DNA from: a virus
Length of the DNA: 22,773 nt
UHGV virus genome: UHGV-0256221
Strand: one strand, 5' to 3'
The position numbers were made by a program, and so were the translations under genes. How positions within the stretch are numbered: position 1 is the first letter of the stretch; the number at the start of each line of letters is the position of its first letter. Below, one piece after another: positions 1 through 8,491 of this stretch. The notes beneath the pieces are model-generated. The model had not been told where the DNA came from, ran no database searches, and saw only the letters and a list, made by a program, of their open reading frames with translations.

Positions 1-204
1 AATTGATACCACGCCAGCCTCCGCAAACCTCCGACAAAAACACCTCAAGATCCCCATCAAATCAGCCTTTCCAAAAATTATACTGTTTGCATGTACAGTC
101 AACCTACGACATCATAAGTCATGGTTTTTGTGTCCACCAGCGCGTCCATATCCTATGATGGACACATAACCTCCCGTTCTGATGGACACACGCAGGGACA
201 AATC

Positions 205-1434
205 ATGGCTATTTCAGATAGTTATCTAAAGTCGTGCCTTGGGCGCGAACGAGACAAAGTTGAAGAAAAGGCAGACCGTGATGGTCTGTGGGTACGCATC
301 TCTAAAAAGGGGGCCGTTACTTTTTTCTACCGATTCCGCTTCCTGGGCAAACAGGACAAGATGACGATCGGCAGCTATCCGGAGTTCGGATTAAAAGCCG
401 CGCGCGATGAAGTCGCTAAGTGGGCCGCCATACTTGCCCGTGGCGAAAACCCACGGATCCGGCAAAGCCTCGACAAAGCCAAGATTAATAGGCAGTACAC
501 CTTCGAAGAGCTGTTTCGAGAATGGCATTCGATGGTGTGTGTTCAGAAAGAAACGGCAGGGCAGATTTTACGTACATTCGAATTGCACGTTTTCCCCAAG
601 CTTGGTAAATACCCTGCGCATCAGCTCACGCTGCATAACTGGCTCACTGTCCTTGACCGATTGGCCCAGGGGTACAGCGAGATCACCCGGCGCGTAATAA
701 GCAACGGCAAGCAGTGCTACTCTTGGGCAGTAAAACGCCAATTACTTGAGGTGAATCCTCTGTCTGAAATGTCAGGCCGTGACTTCGGTATTCAGAAACA
801 AATGGGGGAGCGAACTCTTGACCGTAATGAATTAGCTATGGTCTGGCGTGCTATCGACGATTCTCGCCTTATTGAGCGAAACAAGATCCTCTATAAATTA
901 TGCCTGATATGGGCGTGCAGGGTTGGAGAACTGCGGCAGGCAGAAACCGCGCATTTCGATTTCGAAGAAGGGATCTGGACCGTGCCATGGGAAAACCATA
1001 AGACGGGGCGGAAGAGTAAGAAACCGATAATCCGTCCAATTATTCCTGAAATGCTTCCGCTGATACAACGAGCCATTGAGCTGGCGCCGGGCCGCTTTGT
1101 TTTCTCAAAATATGAAGACAAGCCGATGAGCGAGGGCTTCCACATGAGCATCAGCAGTAACCTGGTCAAGTTCATGCTGAAGGCGTACAACGAGCAGGTG
1201 CCGCACTTCACTATTCACGATCTGCGCAGGACTGCGCGAACTAATTTTTCTGACCTGACAGAACCACATATAGCAGAGATCATGCTGGGGCATAAGTTGC
1301 CGGGTGTATGGTCTGTCTATGACAAGTATTCGTATGTAGAGGAAATGCGGGAGGCTTACGGTAAGTGGTGGGCCCGACTGATGAGCATCGTCGAGCCCGA
1401 TGTTTTAGAGTTCACGCCGCGTCAGGTCGGGTAA
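205..1434 (+). CDS. int: Tyrosine integrase, P4-like
   Basis: ORF 121..1434; N-terminus resembles P4-type integrase arm-binding domain (GLWVRISKKGAVTFFYRFRF), C-terminal catalytic-type motifs (HDLRRTARTNFSDL ... YSYVEEMREAYGKWW). Start refined to in-frame ATG at 205 (MAISD...). Confidence 0.85.
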   Translation: MAISDSYLKSCLGRERDKVEEKADRDGLWVRISKKGAVTFFYRFRFLGKQDKMTIGSYPEFGLKAARDEVAKWAAILARGENPRIRQSLDKAKINRQYTFEELFREWHSMVCVQKETAGQILRTFELHVFPKLGKYPAHQLTLHNWLTVLDRLAQGYSEITRRVISNGKQCYSWAVKRQLLEVNPLSEMSGRDFGIQKQMGERTLDRNELAMVWRAIDDSRLIERNKILYKLCLIWACRVGELRQAETAHFDFEEGIWTVPWENHKTGRKSKKPIIRPIIPEMLPLIQRAIELAPGRFVFSKYEDKPMSEGFHMSISSNLVKFMLKAYNEQVPHFTIHDLRRTARTNFSDLTEPHIAEIMLGHKLPGVWSVYDKYSYVEEMREAYGKWWARLMSIVEPDVLEFTPRQVG

Positions 1435-1666
1435 GTCTGCCCTTATCATCACGCGTTAGATTCAGATGAGACATTGGCTTACGGGTTGCCCGTGACATTT
1501 CTTTAATCTGCCAGGCCGTTACTTTGGTCTTAAGCCATTTATTGGGGCCGCCCATGTACGCGCAATCAGGTTCAGGAAAGGGATTCTCTTTTGTGTCTCT
1601 CTTCCTGTAACGTTCGAGAGTGCGTGAAGATATGCGCAGCTGATCGCAGACGTCCTTGGTACTCAT
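1412..1666 (-). CDS. AlpA/Xis-family small DNA-binding protein (putative excisionase or regulator)
   Basis: ORF 1412..1696; small basic protein, MSTKDVCDQLRISSRTLERYRK HTH-like N-terminus; adjacent and convergent to integrase, 3' ends overlap. Start taken at internal Met (MSTKD). Confidence 0.55.
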   Translation of the reverse strand: MSTKDVCDQLRISSRTLERYRKRDTKENPFPEPDCAYMGGPNKWLKTKVTAWQIKEMSRATRKPMSHLNLTRDDKGRLTRPDAA

Positions 1667-1736
1667 CAACTCAAATTTATTCGTTGTTTTGCTCATCTTT
1701 GTTCTCCAGTGGCCCCGGCGGGGCCATCGTGAATTT

Positions 1737-1997
1737 TCAGTGCGCCTGCGCCGGCAGGTTTCGAAGTTTACGAACGCTGATCATGGCGGTCGCGACATAG
1801 CTGGAGGCCCTGTTAACCACCTCGACGGTGACCTTTATTCCGTCAACAACGACGGTGTAATTGGTCCGATGCTTCTGTCTGCCATAGTCACCATATTTCG
1901 CGTGGTGCGTCGCTAATGCTGCATCGCACGCCCGACGCGCTAACGGGGATTGCTTACTACCTCGGTTAATTAGTCGCATGATCACCCCACTCAACAA
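1737..1997 (-). CDS. Hypothetical small protein, distal early-left operon
   Basis: 86-aa ORF overlapping the 3' end of the upstream peptidase-like gene; no recognisable motif. Confidence 0.35.
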   Translation of the reverse strand: MLSGVIMRLINRGSKQSPLARRACDAALATHHAKYGDYGRQKHRTNYTVVVDGIKVTVEVVNRASSYVATAMISVRKLRNLPAQAH

Positions 1998-2412
1998 CAG
2001 GAATTGCCAGGTCTATTGACCATGAGATGAGTTCACGTTCTTCGGAATGTTTGCATTCCCCGTAGACGTAGTATCTGGCACCATCGCGACCTTTTGCCGG
2101 GTCGAGAACTTCAACCACAGAACCTTCTTTTACTGCCACCAAAATTTGATGCGTCCCGCCAACGATATTCAGAGACGGAACGGTGAGGAAATAAACAAAG
2201 CCTGGGAGAAGTTCGGCCTTCCGCGGGTGTCCATAGAAATACGGAATGCTGTAATGGTCCATAGCATCATCAAGCCATGCTTCTTTGCTGTGAAATTTGT
2301 CATGCCATTGCGCGACAACATCAGTAACCGGCTGGCTTGATATCATTGCTACGCACGCTGACATGCAGGTATTGTGGGTTGGTTGTTGCTGATGTTTAAT
2401 GCTCATGTTCAT
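1966..2412 (-). CDS. Papain-fold (C39-like) cysteine-peptidase-like protein
   Basis: 148 aa; Gln10 then Cys16 (QPTHNTCMSAC), His88 (GGTHQILVAV), Asp104 (VLDPAKG): order and spacing fit a C39-type Cys-His-Asp triad. Not database-verified. Confidence 0.45.
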   Translation of the reverse strand: MNMSIKHQQQPTHNTCMSACVAMISSQPVTDVVAQWHDKFHSKEAWLDDAMDHYSIPYFYGHPRKAELLPGFVYFLTVPSLNIVGGTHQILVAVKEGSVVEVLDPAKGRDGARYYVYGECKHSEERELISWSIDLAIPVVEWGDHATN

Positions 2413-2440
2413 ACCGGGAGGGCGAACCCTCCCGCCTCCC

Positions 2441-3535
2441 TTAGTTCGCGTATTCCGGTTTCATGTCGTCGAGGGTGATACGGAACTGGTCATACAGTTC
2501 GTCGCCCAGGTGGCGGCGCGCCGCGGTAAGCGCTGATTCGGCCTTCGCAAACAGTTCTGCCGCGTCTGGTTCGCCGGGATTAGGCAGAGAGTTAATCGCC
2601 GCCTCGACTTTGTTGCGGTGATCCACCAGGTAGTAACGCTTAACGGCTTTGTTCTTCAGTTCGGTGAACAGTGCGGTACCCAGCAGCGCTTTCTGAGATT
2701 CGATATCCGCACGGATGGCTTTGGCCTGGTCGACGGAGCTGGCAGCTTCAATGCGATCACGAAGTTCGCCGGCTACATTGTCCGCGTTTGTTACCGATTG
2801 CTGATCGCAGCTGGCTGTAGTCACCGTCTCCCCAGTAATTTCGGTAACGCTCATTCGCTGTGGCGCTGGATTGATTTCCCGCTCTGGCTTGTCCTCAATC
2901 TCATCAGCGCTGTAAACGCCAAGAATTACATCTGGGCAATACAGTCGCGCCCAGCGCTTGACTGCGAGATATGCGAGTTGTTGACGGGGATCACTTGCCC
3001 AAAGTGTTGAGTTACGGACCTGAGCCTGAGATAGCATGAGCACCAACTCGCGTGGTTCATCCTCACCTTTCATAGTTGCCCATACTCGAATCCCAACGCC
3101 TGCTTCATCCTTTAAATCCCAGCCAGGGGCGATGTATTCATTCCCTTTGCCGCTGGTTTTCTTAATGAAGCGTCCAACGATATTTTCCCATTTCCCAAAC
3201 CAGTCATAATGAATACGGTCTTTCGTTGGGGACATGTTGGTAATAACCGCGTTGACCAACTGAGCCTCATACCCTAGGACTCCGCTATTGCCTACAATAT
3301 GAGTCTTCTGCGCGACTGCGAACGGGTCCATTCCCCAGCGGGCTGCCTGCATAACTACGGCCATACATGCGTCAGGCTTCTCGCGGAAATGACTCGGAAC
3401 GAATGCGCCGCTATTTGCCATCACGACTGATAATGTGCGCAGGCGGTCAAATAACTCGCCATTTGTTAAAATGGAGATGTTGTCGATCATTTGCGTCTTG
3501 TTTTCTGTGGTCGAAATTGCTGTAGACATGTTCAT
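2441..3535 (-). CDS. recT: RecT-family single-strand annealing recombinase
   Basis: 364 aa, recognised as RecT-like; immediately downstream of the recE-like gene with a 6-bp gap, as in Rac recE-recT. Confidence 0.8.
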   Translation of the reverse strand: MNMSTAISTTENKTQMIDNISILTNGELFDRLRTLSVVMANSGAFVPSHFREKPDACMAVVMQAARWGMDPFAVAQKTHIVGNSGVLGYEAQLVNAVITNMSPTKDRIHYDWFGKWENIVGRFIKKTSGKGNEYIAPGWDLKDEAGVGIRVWATMKGEDEPRELVLMLSQAQVRNSTLWASDPRQQLAYLAVKRWARLYCPDVILGVYSADEIEDKPEREINPAPQRMSVTEITGETVTTASCDQQSVTNADNVAGELRDRIEAASSVDQAKAIRADIESQKALLGTALFTELKNKAVKRYYLVDHRNKVEAAINSLPNPGEPDAAELFAKAESALTAARRHLGDELYDQFRITLDDMKPEYAN

Positions 3536-3541
3536 TTCCCC

Positions 3542-6500
3542 TTATGCCAAACGCAGCGCTTCAAGGCGGCGCATATCGAAATCATTCAGTTCGTCGGTGT
3601 AGTCGGCGGTGATCGGCGCTGGCCACTCACCCGTATCAAATCCGGTTGCGATGGCTCGCATGGCATTTCGATACTCGAGCATGCCCAGTTCCAGCAGTTC
3701 AGTGGACGCTTCAATAATGGCGATCCAGTGGTAGTTCTCGTCTTTGTTGACGAAAATCCAGAAGAACTGGTCAAGCGCTGCCGTCTCGCAGTACATGGCC
3801 GCGCTTAGGTGATAATCGCGGTCGATGATTTCGCGGTGTAACTTGGCGCGCAGACCTTCCTGTTTGATGTTCCACATGCTGATGGTTTTCAGGTCGGCAC
3901 CGATGCGCACACCGTCCAGGTCGATTTCCAGATCCGGACGTACACGGACTTCCAGCCCGGTTTCGTCGTCGAACCCGAAATAACTCACTTCTACAGCGCG
4001 GTTCGGGTGCGTTAGCAGCTTGCCGGCGGTCGGGTGCTGGAGCAGAGCTTTCTGGATATTCAGCGCGGTACTTAGCTGCTGGCGGGTGACCAGTACTTTT
4101 CCTTCAGGATTCTCGCGCCATGCATCGATAAGTTCGTCGGCAAATACAGCACCCGGGTTTACTGCCTTCACGGCCTGAATCAGATCTGCCTTCGTGCCGG
4201 ATACTTTCAGTGGCTGCGGCTTCTGCGCTTCCTGCGCGACCAGATCAGGATTGATGATTGCCAGTTGCTCAAGCAGCGAGTCGCGGCTACCGCTGGTTTT
4301 TACCGGCGCAGGCTTATTGGATTCTTCCTCTACCAAATCGGCGTTGATGACCGCCAGTTGCTCCAACAGCGCGTCGCGGCTGCCGCTGGTTTTCACTTGA
4401 GCGGGCAGGGTAGCGTTGTACTCTTTGATGCATGCTTTCATGGCAGCAGCAGTGAAGTTTTTTTCGTCGCCAACAATCCGCTTAAACTCAGCAGGCAATT
4501 CGAGATACGCCAGACCGATCGCGTCTTTATCGCCGCCTAAAGGCACTTGAGCGGGCAGGGTAGCGTTGTGCGCTTCCAGTAGCGCTTTGATATCGTCAGC
4601 AGATAGCGGCGCTGGCAGGCTAGTGTTGTACTCTTCCAGTAACGCTTTGATATCTTCGACTGACAGCAGCGCCTGCAGGCTGGCATTGTATTCATCGATA
4701 AACGCGCGGATCGTTGCGGTTGTCGTGAATGCGCCTTCCGGGATTTCTGGCTCAACGCTGAATTCAGCATCCAGTTGCTCAGGTTGCAGCGCCAGTGCAT
4801 GTACCAGGTTCCCCATATCCAGAACCGGAGAGCGTTCCTTCGTGATGGTCTTCTCAACATGGCGCGCATTGAAGTACATCAGGCTCACGCGAGCATCTTT
4901 AACCTGGGTGCTGCTGATACCGTTGGCGGCGTGATATACCTCGTTTGGTAAACCTTCATAACGGCCAGGCTCGAAGAATGCCGGGTACTCGATGGCTGGT
5001 TCTGCCTGCAGGTCTTCCGGCTCGCTGGCTGTTTCCATCGGCACTAATTCCTGTGCTGTGTCGTCTGCCGGAATCGGCGCTTCAGTTGTCAGAGTTTCCT
5101 GCTTGTTGGTGTCATGCTCCTGCGTGTCCAGTTCTTCTTTCAAACCGGATTCCATCGCTGCATATGTTGCATCACCCATCACAGCACCGCAGTCCTGGCA
5201 ATGCCCGCCACCAATAGCGCCGCATCCGGTACACACGGTTTCCGTTACGGTATCTGCCTGCGAATCATCTTCCACAGTACCTTCGCCTGCTGGTAACGCA
5301 GCGCTATTTTCGGCTTGGGGTTGCTCAGTCGTTTCCATCTGGCCATTGTTGGTGGTCTCGCTTTTGTTGCCGTAAAGTTTTGAGTTCGCCATCAAACCCT
5401 CAACCGAAAAGATGCCACCGCCAACGTTGGTGACTTCAGGCTGTTTAGTAGATGTCAGGTCTTCGCGCACCCACTTCGGATCTTCCGGGTCGCTGATTCC
5501 ATCAACAAATTCCCCGCGCTCCGCTGCGAGTGTGTCACTGATTTCCTTATCCCAGCTTTGTGCAGGGTTATGGCGAGCAGCCTTCAATGTTTCATCAGAA
5601 GGTTTTTCGTGGTTGCTTTCTGTCAGGTTAGCGTTGATGTATCCACTGAGACGGCCGGGATACTGGTAATGCTCTGGGTGGCACTCCCTGATCAGCGCGA
5701 AAATGGCTGCGCGGGAGTAATCGAGTATTCCGGCACGTTTGCGAAGAGCTGCTGACCATTCTTTGAAAGGGCTTTCTTTTTTGCTGACGATCTCTTTCGC
5801 CCGACGATAAACACCACCAGGAATGTCGTAGATGTTAAAGTCCATCGGTAGTGTGGCGAGTGCAATTTCAATGTCTAATGAGTCCAGCGTGTGGGTTAAC
5901 TCAGGGTTACGGTCGGTTTTATTGCCGCCGCCTGCGTTTGTGCCTACGTCAGTTCGTGTAACCGACTGTTTATCCAGCGTCGCCTTATTATGTTTTGCGA
6001 ACCACTTCGCCGTTACATCGTCGCGGGAAACGCGATCGCTCTGATGTGTATTGATCCATTCTGCAAAGAAGGTGATCAGGTCATTGAGCATCGGAGCTTT
6101 ACCGTCCACCGGCCAGATTGATTTTGTGGCCGTAAACAGGTCGGCCAGTGTTTCCGGGAACACGTGTTCAATAGGGCGAGTTTTGAAATCACGCGCGGAC
6201 AGCAATACGTTCTGTGCGTATGTTTCATCCATATCCAGCTCTACACGCGTAATCTCCTGCAACTGCTCAGTAGTCAGCGTATCGAAAAGACCGTACAGCC
6301 AGGTGCCGAGTACTTTTTTCTCATATGGAAATTTGCCGTAGGCGAACAGGTCAACAGCTTCCTTCTCTGTTTCTTGCGTAGTGGTTACTGCGTGCGCATC
6401 GGTAGACGCGGTGGCATCGGCGGCAGCCGCTGGTGTGCTTTCATTGTGAAATGCATCATCAGGCTTGCTGCCTGGCTTCAGTTGCCAGGTGCGCATGTCT

Positions 6501-6748
6501 TCCGCCAGCTCATAGCGTTCGCACCAGGTCAAATCAACGGTGCTTTCTTCCGGGAGGTCATTAAATACGGGAAAATCAGTGCGGATCGGCTTCTGATAAT
6601 CTTTACCGCGTCCGGTCTCGATATTCGCATCTTCCAGTTCAACATCGAGCTGGAGATTGGCGCGAGCTTCGGTTTTTGCCGTGAACCAGACGACTGCGTC
6701 TGGCTTGCCGGATTTCTGAGTGGCTTTAACCACGTAGAAGAATTCCAT
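3542..6748 (-). CDS. recE: RecE-like exonuclease VIII (large multidomain, C-terminal nuclease domain)
   Basis: 1068 aa; C-terminal region resembles the RecE PD-(D/E)xK nuclease domain; central acidic linker with tandem repeats and a Cys4 cluster; GAGGA RBS upstream of the ATG at 6748. Confidence 0.7.
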   Translation of the reverse strand: MEFFYVVKATQKSGKPDAVVWFTAKTEARANLQLDVELEDANIETGRGKDYQKPIRTDFPVFNDLPEESTVDLTWCERYELAEDMRTWQLKPGSKPDDAFHNESTPAAAADATASTDAHAVTTTQETEKEAVDLFAYGKFPYEKKVLGTWLYGLFDTLTTEQLQEITRVELDMDETYAQNVLLSARDFKTRPIEHVFPETLADLFTATKSIWPVDGKAPMLNDLITFFAEWINTHQSDRVSRDDVTAKWFAKHNKATLDKQSVTRTDVGTNAGGGNKTDRNPELTHTLDSLDIEIALATLPMDFNIYDIPGGVYRRAKEIVSKKESPFKEWSAALRKRAGILDYSRAAIFALIRECHPEHYQYPGRLSGYINANLTESNHEKPSDETLKAARHNPAQSWDKEISDTLAAERGEFVDGISDPEDPKWVREDLTSTKQPEVTNVGGGIFSVEGLMANSKLYGNKSETTNNGQMETTEQPQAENSAALPAGEGTVEDDSQADTVTETVCTGCGAIGGGHCQDCGAVMGDATYAAMESGLKEELDTQEHDTNKQETLTTEAPIPADDTAQELVPMETASEPEDLQAEPAIEYPAFFEPGRYEGLPNEVYHAANGISSTQVKDARVSLMYFNARHVEKTITKERSPVLDMGNLVHALALQPEQLDAEFSVEPEIPEGAFTTTATIRAFIDEYNASLQALLSVEDIKALLEEYNTSLPAPLSADDIKALLEAHNATLPAQVPLGGDKDAIGLAYLELPAEFKRIVGDEKNFTAAAMKACIKEYNATLPAQVKTSGSRDALLEQLAVINADLVEEESNKPAPVKTSGSRDSLLEQLAIINPDLVAQEAQKPQPLKVSGTKADLIQAVKAVNPGAVFADELIDAWRENPEGKVLVTRQQLSTALNIQKALLQHPTAGKLLTHPNRAVEVSYFGFDDETGLEVRVRPDLEIDLDGVRIGADLKTISMWNIKQEGLRAKLHREIIDRDYHLSAAMYCETAALDQFFWIFVNKDENYHWIAIIEASTELLELGMLEYRNAMRAIATGFDTGEWPAPITADYTDELNDFDMRRLEALRLA
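4240..4720. repeat. Degenerate in-frame tandem repeats (about 60 and 90 bp units) inside recE
   Basis: Near-identical DNA blocks such as gccagttgctc(a/c)a(g/a)cagcg(a/c)gtcgcggct(a/g)ccgctggtttt and cacttgagcgggcagggtagcgttgt occur twice or more; encode repeated LPAQV / SGSRD(A/S)LLEQLA(V/I)IN peptide units. Confidence 0.7.
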
Positions 6749-6879
6749 GTGAGATCCTCATTTTTGGATGTTAGAATCCCCGGGCCATTGATAGCGCCCA
6801 TTGGGTGTTCATTGGTTTTGTGTAATTTCCGGTGTAACTTTGGTCGGAAGCACCGGAGCGTTTCAGCATTGCGCTGGTT

Positions 6880-7377
6880 TTATAAATTTCTGGCGAATAA
6901 GCCGTGATTTGCTTCGCGGAAGTCTTTTATTGCTTCCGCTGCCTTTTCTAATTCAACAAAATTTCCTACCGTGTATCTTTTCCCATCAACGCGACAGATG
7001 GCTCTCCAGCGCTGCTTACCCTTGTGCCAGTACACGCCTTTCACTCCGCTTGTGTTGTTCTTCTGGAGTGACTTGTTGAAGTTGTTCTGCGAACAAGTTG
7101 CTTCGCGCAGATTCTTCAATCGGTTGTCAGAGCACTTCCCATTTACATGGTCAATCTGGTCTTCAGGCCATTTACCATGTACGTAGAACCAGGCCAGGCG
7201 GTGTGCGCGATACTTTTTCCCATCAATGATGATTCGAATGTATCCGCGTGAATCAAGATGACCTGCAACTTCACCTGCGGCAACGCGACCACGTTTTTCT
7301 AACCAGGTAAAATCACCTGTTTCCGGTGAGTAGCTGAGTAATTCTTTCAGGCGCTCAAGTGGTAACTTCTCGCTCAT
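6880..7377 (-). CDS. HNH endonuclease with AP2-like DNA-binding domain
   Basis: ORF 6880..7425; HNH-type motif (IDHVNGKCSDNRLKNLREAT) plus AP2-like segment (KGVYWHKGKQRWRA). Start refined to ATG at 7377 (MSEKLPLERL). Confidence 0.65.
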   Translation of the reverse strand: MSEKLPLERLKELLSYSPETGDFTWLEKRGRVAAGEVAGHLDSRGYIRIIIDGKKYRAHRLAWFYVHGKWPEDQIDHVNGKCSDNRLKNLREATCSQNNFNKSLQKNNTSGVKGVYWHKGKQRWRAICRVDGKRYTVGNFVELEKAAEAIKDFREANHGLFARNL

Positions 7378-7388
7378 ATCCGTCACCG

Positions 7389-7550
7389 TTAGCCTTCGTG
7401 AGCCATCTGGTCGAACGAAGCGCAACGTACTGAACAGTAATCACGTTGCTCGCGTTTCAACTGCGTGCCGTGGATAAAGAGCAGTTCGTTTTTAACTTCC
7501 TTCCCTTGCTTGATCGGCTTGCGGCAGTACGCGCATTTTTTCTCCTGCAT
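7389..7550 (-). CDS. Small zinc-ribbon protein (53 aa), not in the ORF track
   Basis: Hand translation: MQEKKCAYCRKPIKQGKEVKNELLFIHGTQLKREQRDYCSVRCASFDQMAHEG; CxxC ... CxxxC; GGAG RBS upstream; stop 12 bp before the HNH start. Position like Rac ydaE, homology unverified. Confidence 0.4.
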   Translation of the reverse strand: MQEKKCAYCRKPIKQGKEVKNELLFIHGTQLKREQRDYCSVRCASFDQMAHEG

Positions 7551-7561
7551 AACTCACTCCG

Positions 7562-7927
7562 TTAATGGCTAAGGCCATGTCCTAAACCGTTTAGATAAAC
7601 CTCAACCAGCAAATCTTTGGTGTAGGTACGTTCGATGCCACGGTGAAGATACAGGCGTCCGCGAGCGTTAGCTGATGCCGTCCAGGTTGAGTCTTTGTGT
7701 TTGACGAGCATCCCCGGCTGAACTGCGCCGCGGTTTACTGTCTGTGTACCGTAGTGCTGATGAACCATGATGTTCTCCACTATTGCTGAGTGAACTTCGC
7801 TGGTGGTGCCGTGGTGCTGATCTTCACAGTTGAGCGTTTTAACTCTGCAGTTCACCACCGCGAAACCCACTCTTATGTGCCTGTCTTTTATCCACTTCAG
7901 GCTCGGTGGTATGCTGGTAGTTCTCAC
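7562..7927 (-). CDS. Hypothetical protein, early-left operon
   Basis: 121-aa ORF with GTG start; true start may be the internal ATG (MVHQHYG...). No recognisable motif. Confidence 0.35.
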   Translation of the reverse strand: MRTTSIPPSLKWIKDRHIRVGFAVVNCRVKTLNCEDQHHGTTSEVHSAIVENIMVHQHYGTQTVNRGAVQPGMLVKHKDSTWTASANARGRLYLHRGIERTYTKDLLVEVYLNGLGHGLSH

Positions 7928-7947
7928 ACAGCCAGCAAGGAATAACT

Positions 7948-8241
7948 ATGAAATCAGTAACTAAGCCATGTCCTATTTGTGGTGAAGATTCTTTGTCTTT
8001 TAACCAGACAAATCAGTTGGTTAACATCAAAGTAAAACCACCAACTATTCGTGAAGTTCCATCAGTGGTTTACGTTTGCGATACTCACGGATGGTTTTCA
8101 CTTTCAGAACAGATAAACAGACTCGTCACATCTAATGACGACCCTGCGGCTAAGCAAAAACTGGCTGTTATTGTCAAAGAGCGATATGTGCCGGAACAGG
8201 ATCAGCCGTTAGCCCTGAAACCTATTGAGTCGCTCGCATAA
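7948..8241 (+). CDS. Zinc-ribbon protein encoded antisense to the early-left operon
   Basis: 97 aa; AAGGAA RBS 5 nt before ATG; CPICG ... VCDTHG (C-x2-C ... C-x2-H); candidate extended -10 (TGgTATGCT) about 35 bp upstream; 3' end overlaps the convergent N-like gene by 20 bp. Confidence 0.45.
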   Translation: MKSVTKPCPICGEDSLSFNQTNQLVNIKVKPPTIREVPSVVYVCDTHGWFSLSEQINRLVTSNDDPAAKQKLAVIVKERYVPEQDQPLALKPIESLA

Positions 8242-8491
8242 GGTCTTTTCGGCTCTCGCTGCGATATCCCAGGCGGTACATTTTCACGTAGGCTTTGCCG
8301 CGAGGAATGCCGCCTGTTTTGTTGAATCTCTGCTGGGCGCGGCGATGGTGTTTTGCTTCAGGGCTGTTTGAACCTTTCCCGCCATTCGATCGAGAACTTG
8401 GGAGTTGCATTGGCTTTTGGCGTGAATAGAATTTACGTGCCCAGCATGCTCCAAAGCCGATCATGCCTGTTTTCTTCGTATTACCTTTCAT
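8222..8491 (-). CDS. Small Arg/Lys-rich protein, first gene after the putative PL; N-like antiterminator candidate
   Basis: 89 aa, highly basic and low complexity; GAGGGG RBS; positional analogy to lambda N only. Confidence 0.3.
   Translation of the reverse strand: MKGNTKKTGMIGFGACWARKFYSRQKPMQLPSSRSNGGKGSNSPEAKHHRRAQQRFNKTGGIPRGKAYVKMYRLGYRSESRKDLMRATQ

Noticed and set aside
121-204. Upstream extension of the integrase ORF to 121
   Set aside because: The extra 28 residues do not match the integrase N-terminus; the ATG at 205 gives an MAISD start consistent with P4-type integrases.
4240-4720. Tandem repeats that might be taken for a CRISPR array or VNTR locus
   Set aside because: The repeats are in-frame within recE and encode repeated peptide motifs; there is no repeat-spacer architecture and no cas genes.
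4194-6341. Many plus-strand ORFs (60-130 aa) inside the recE region
   Set aside because: All are antisense to a long, well-supported gene, and have low-complexity Ser/Ala/Cys-rich translations typical of shadow frames in GC-rich repetitive coding DNA.
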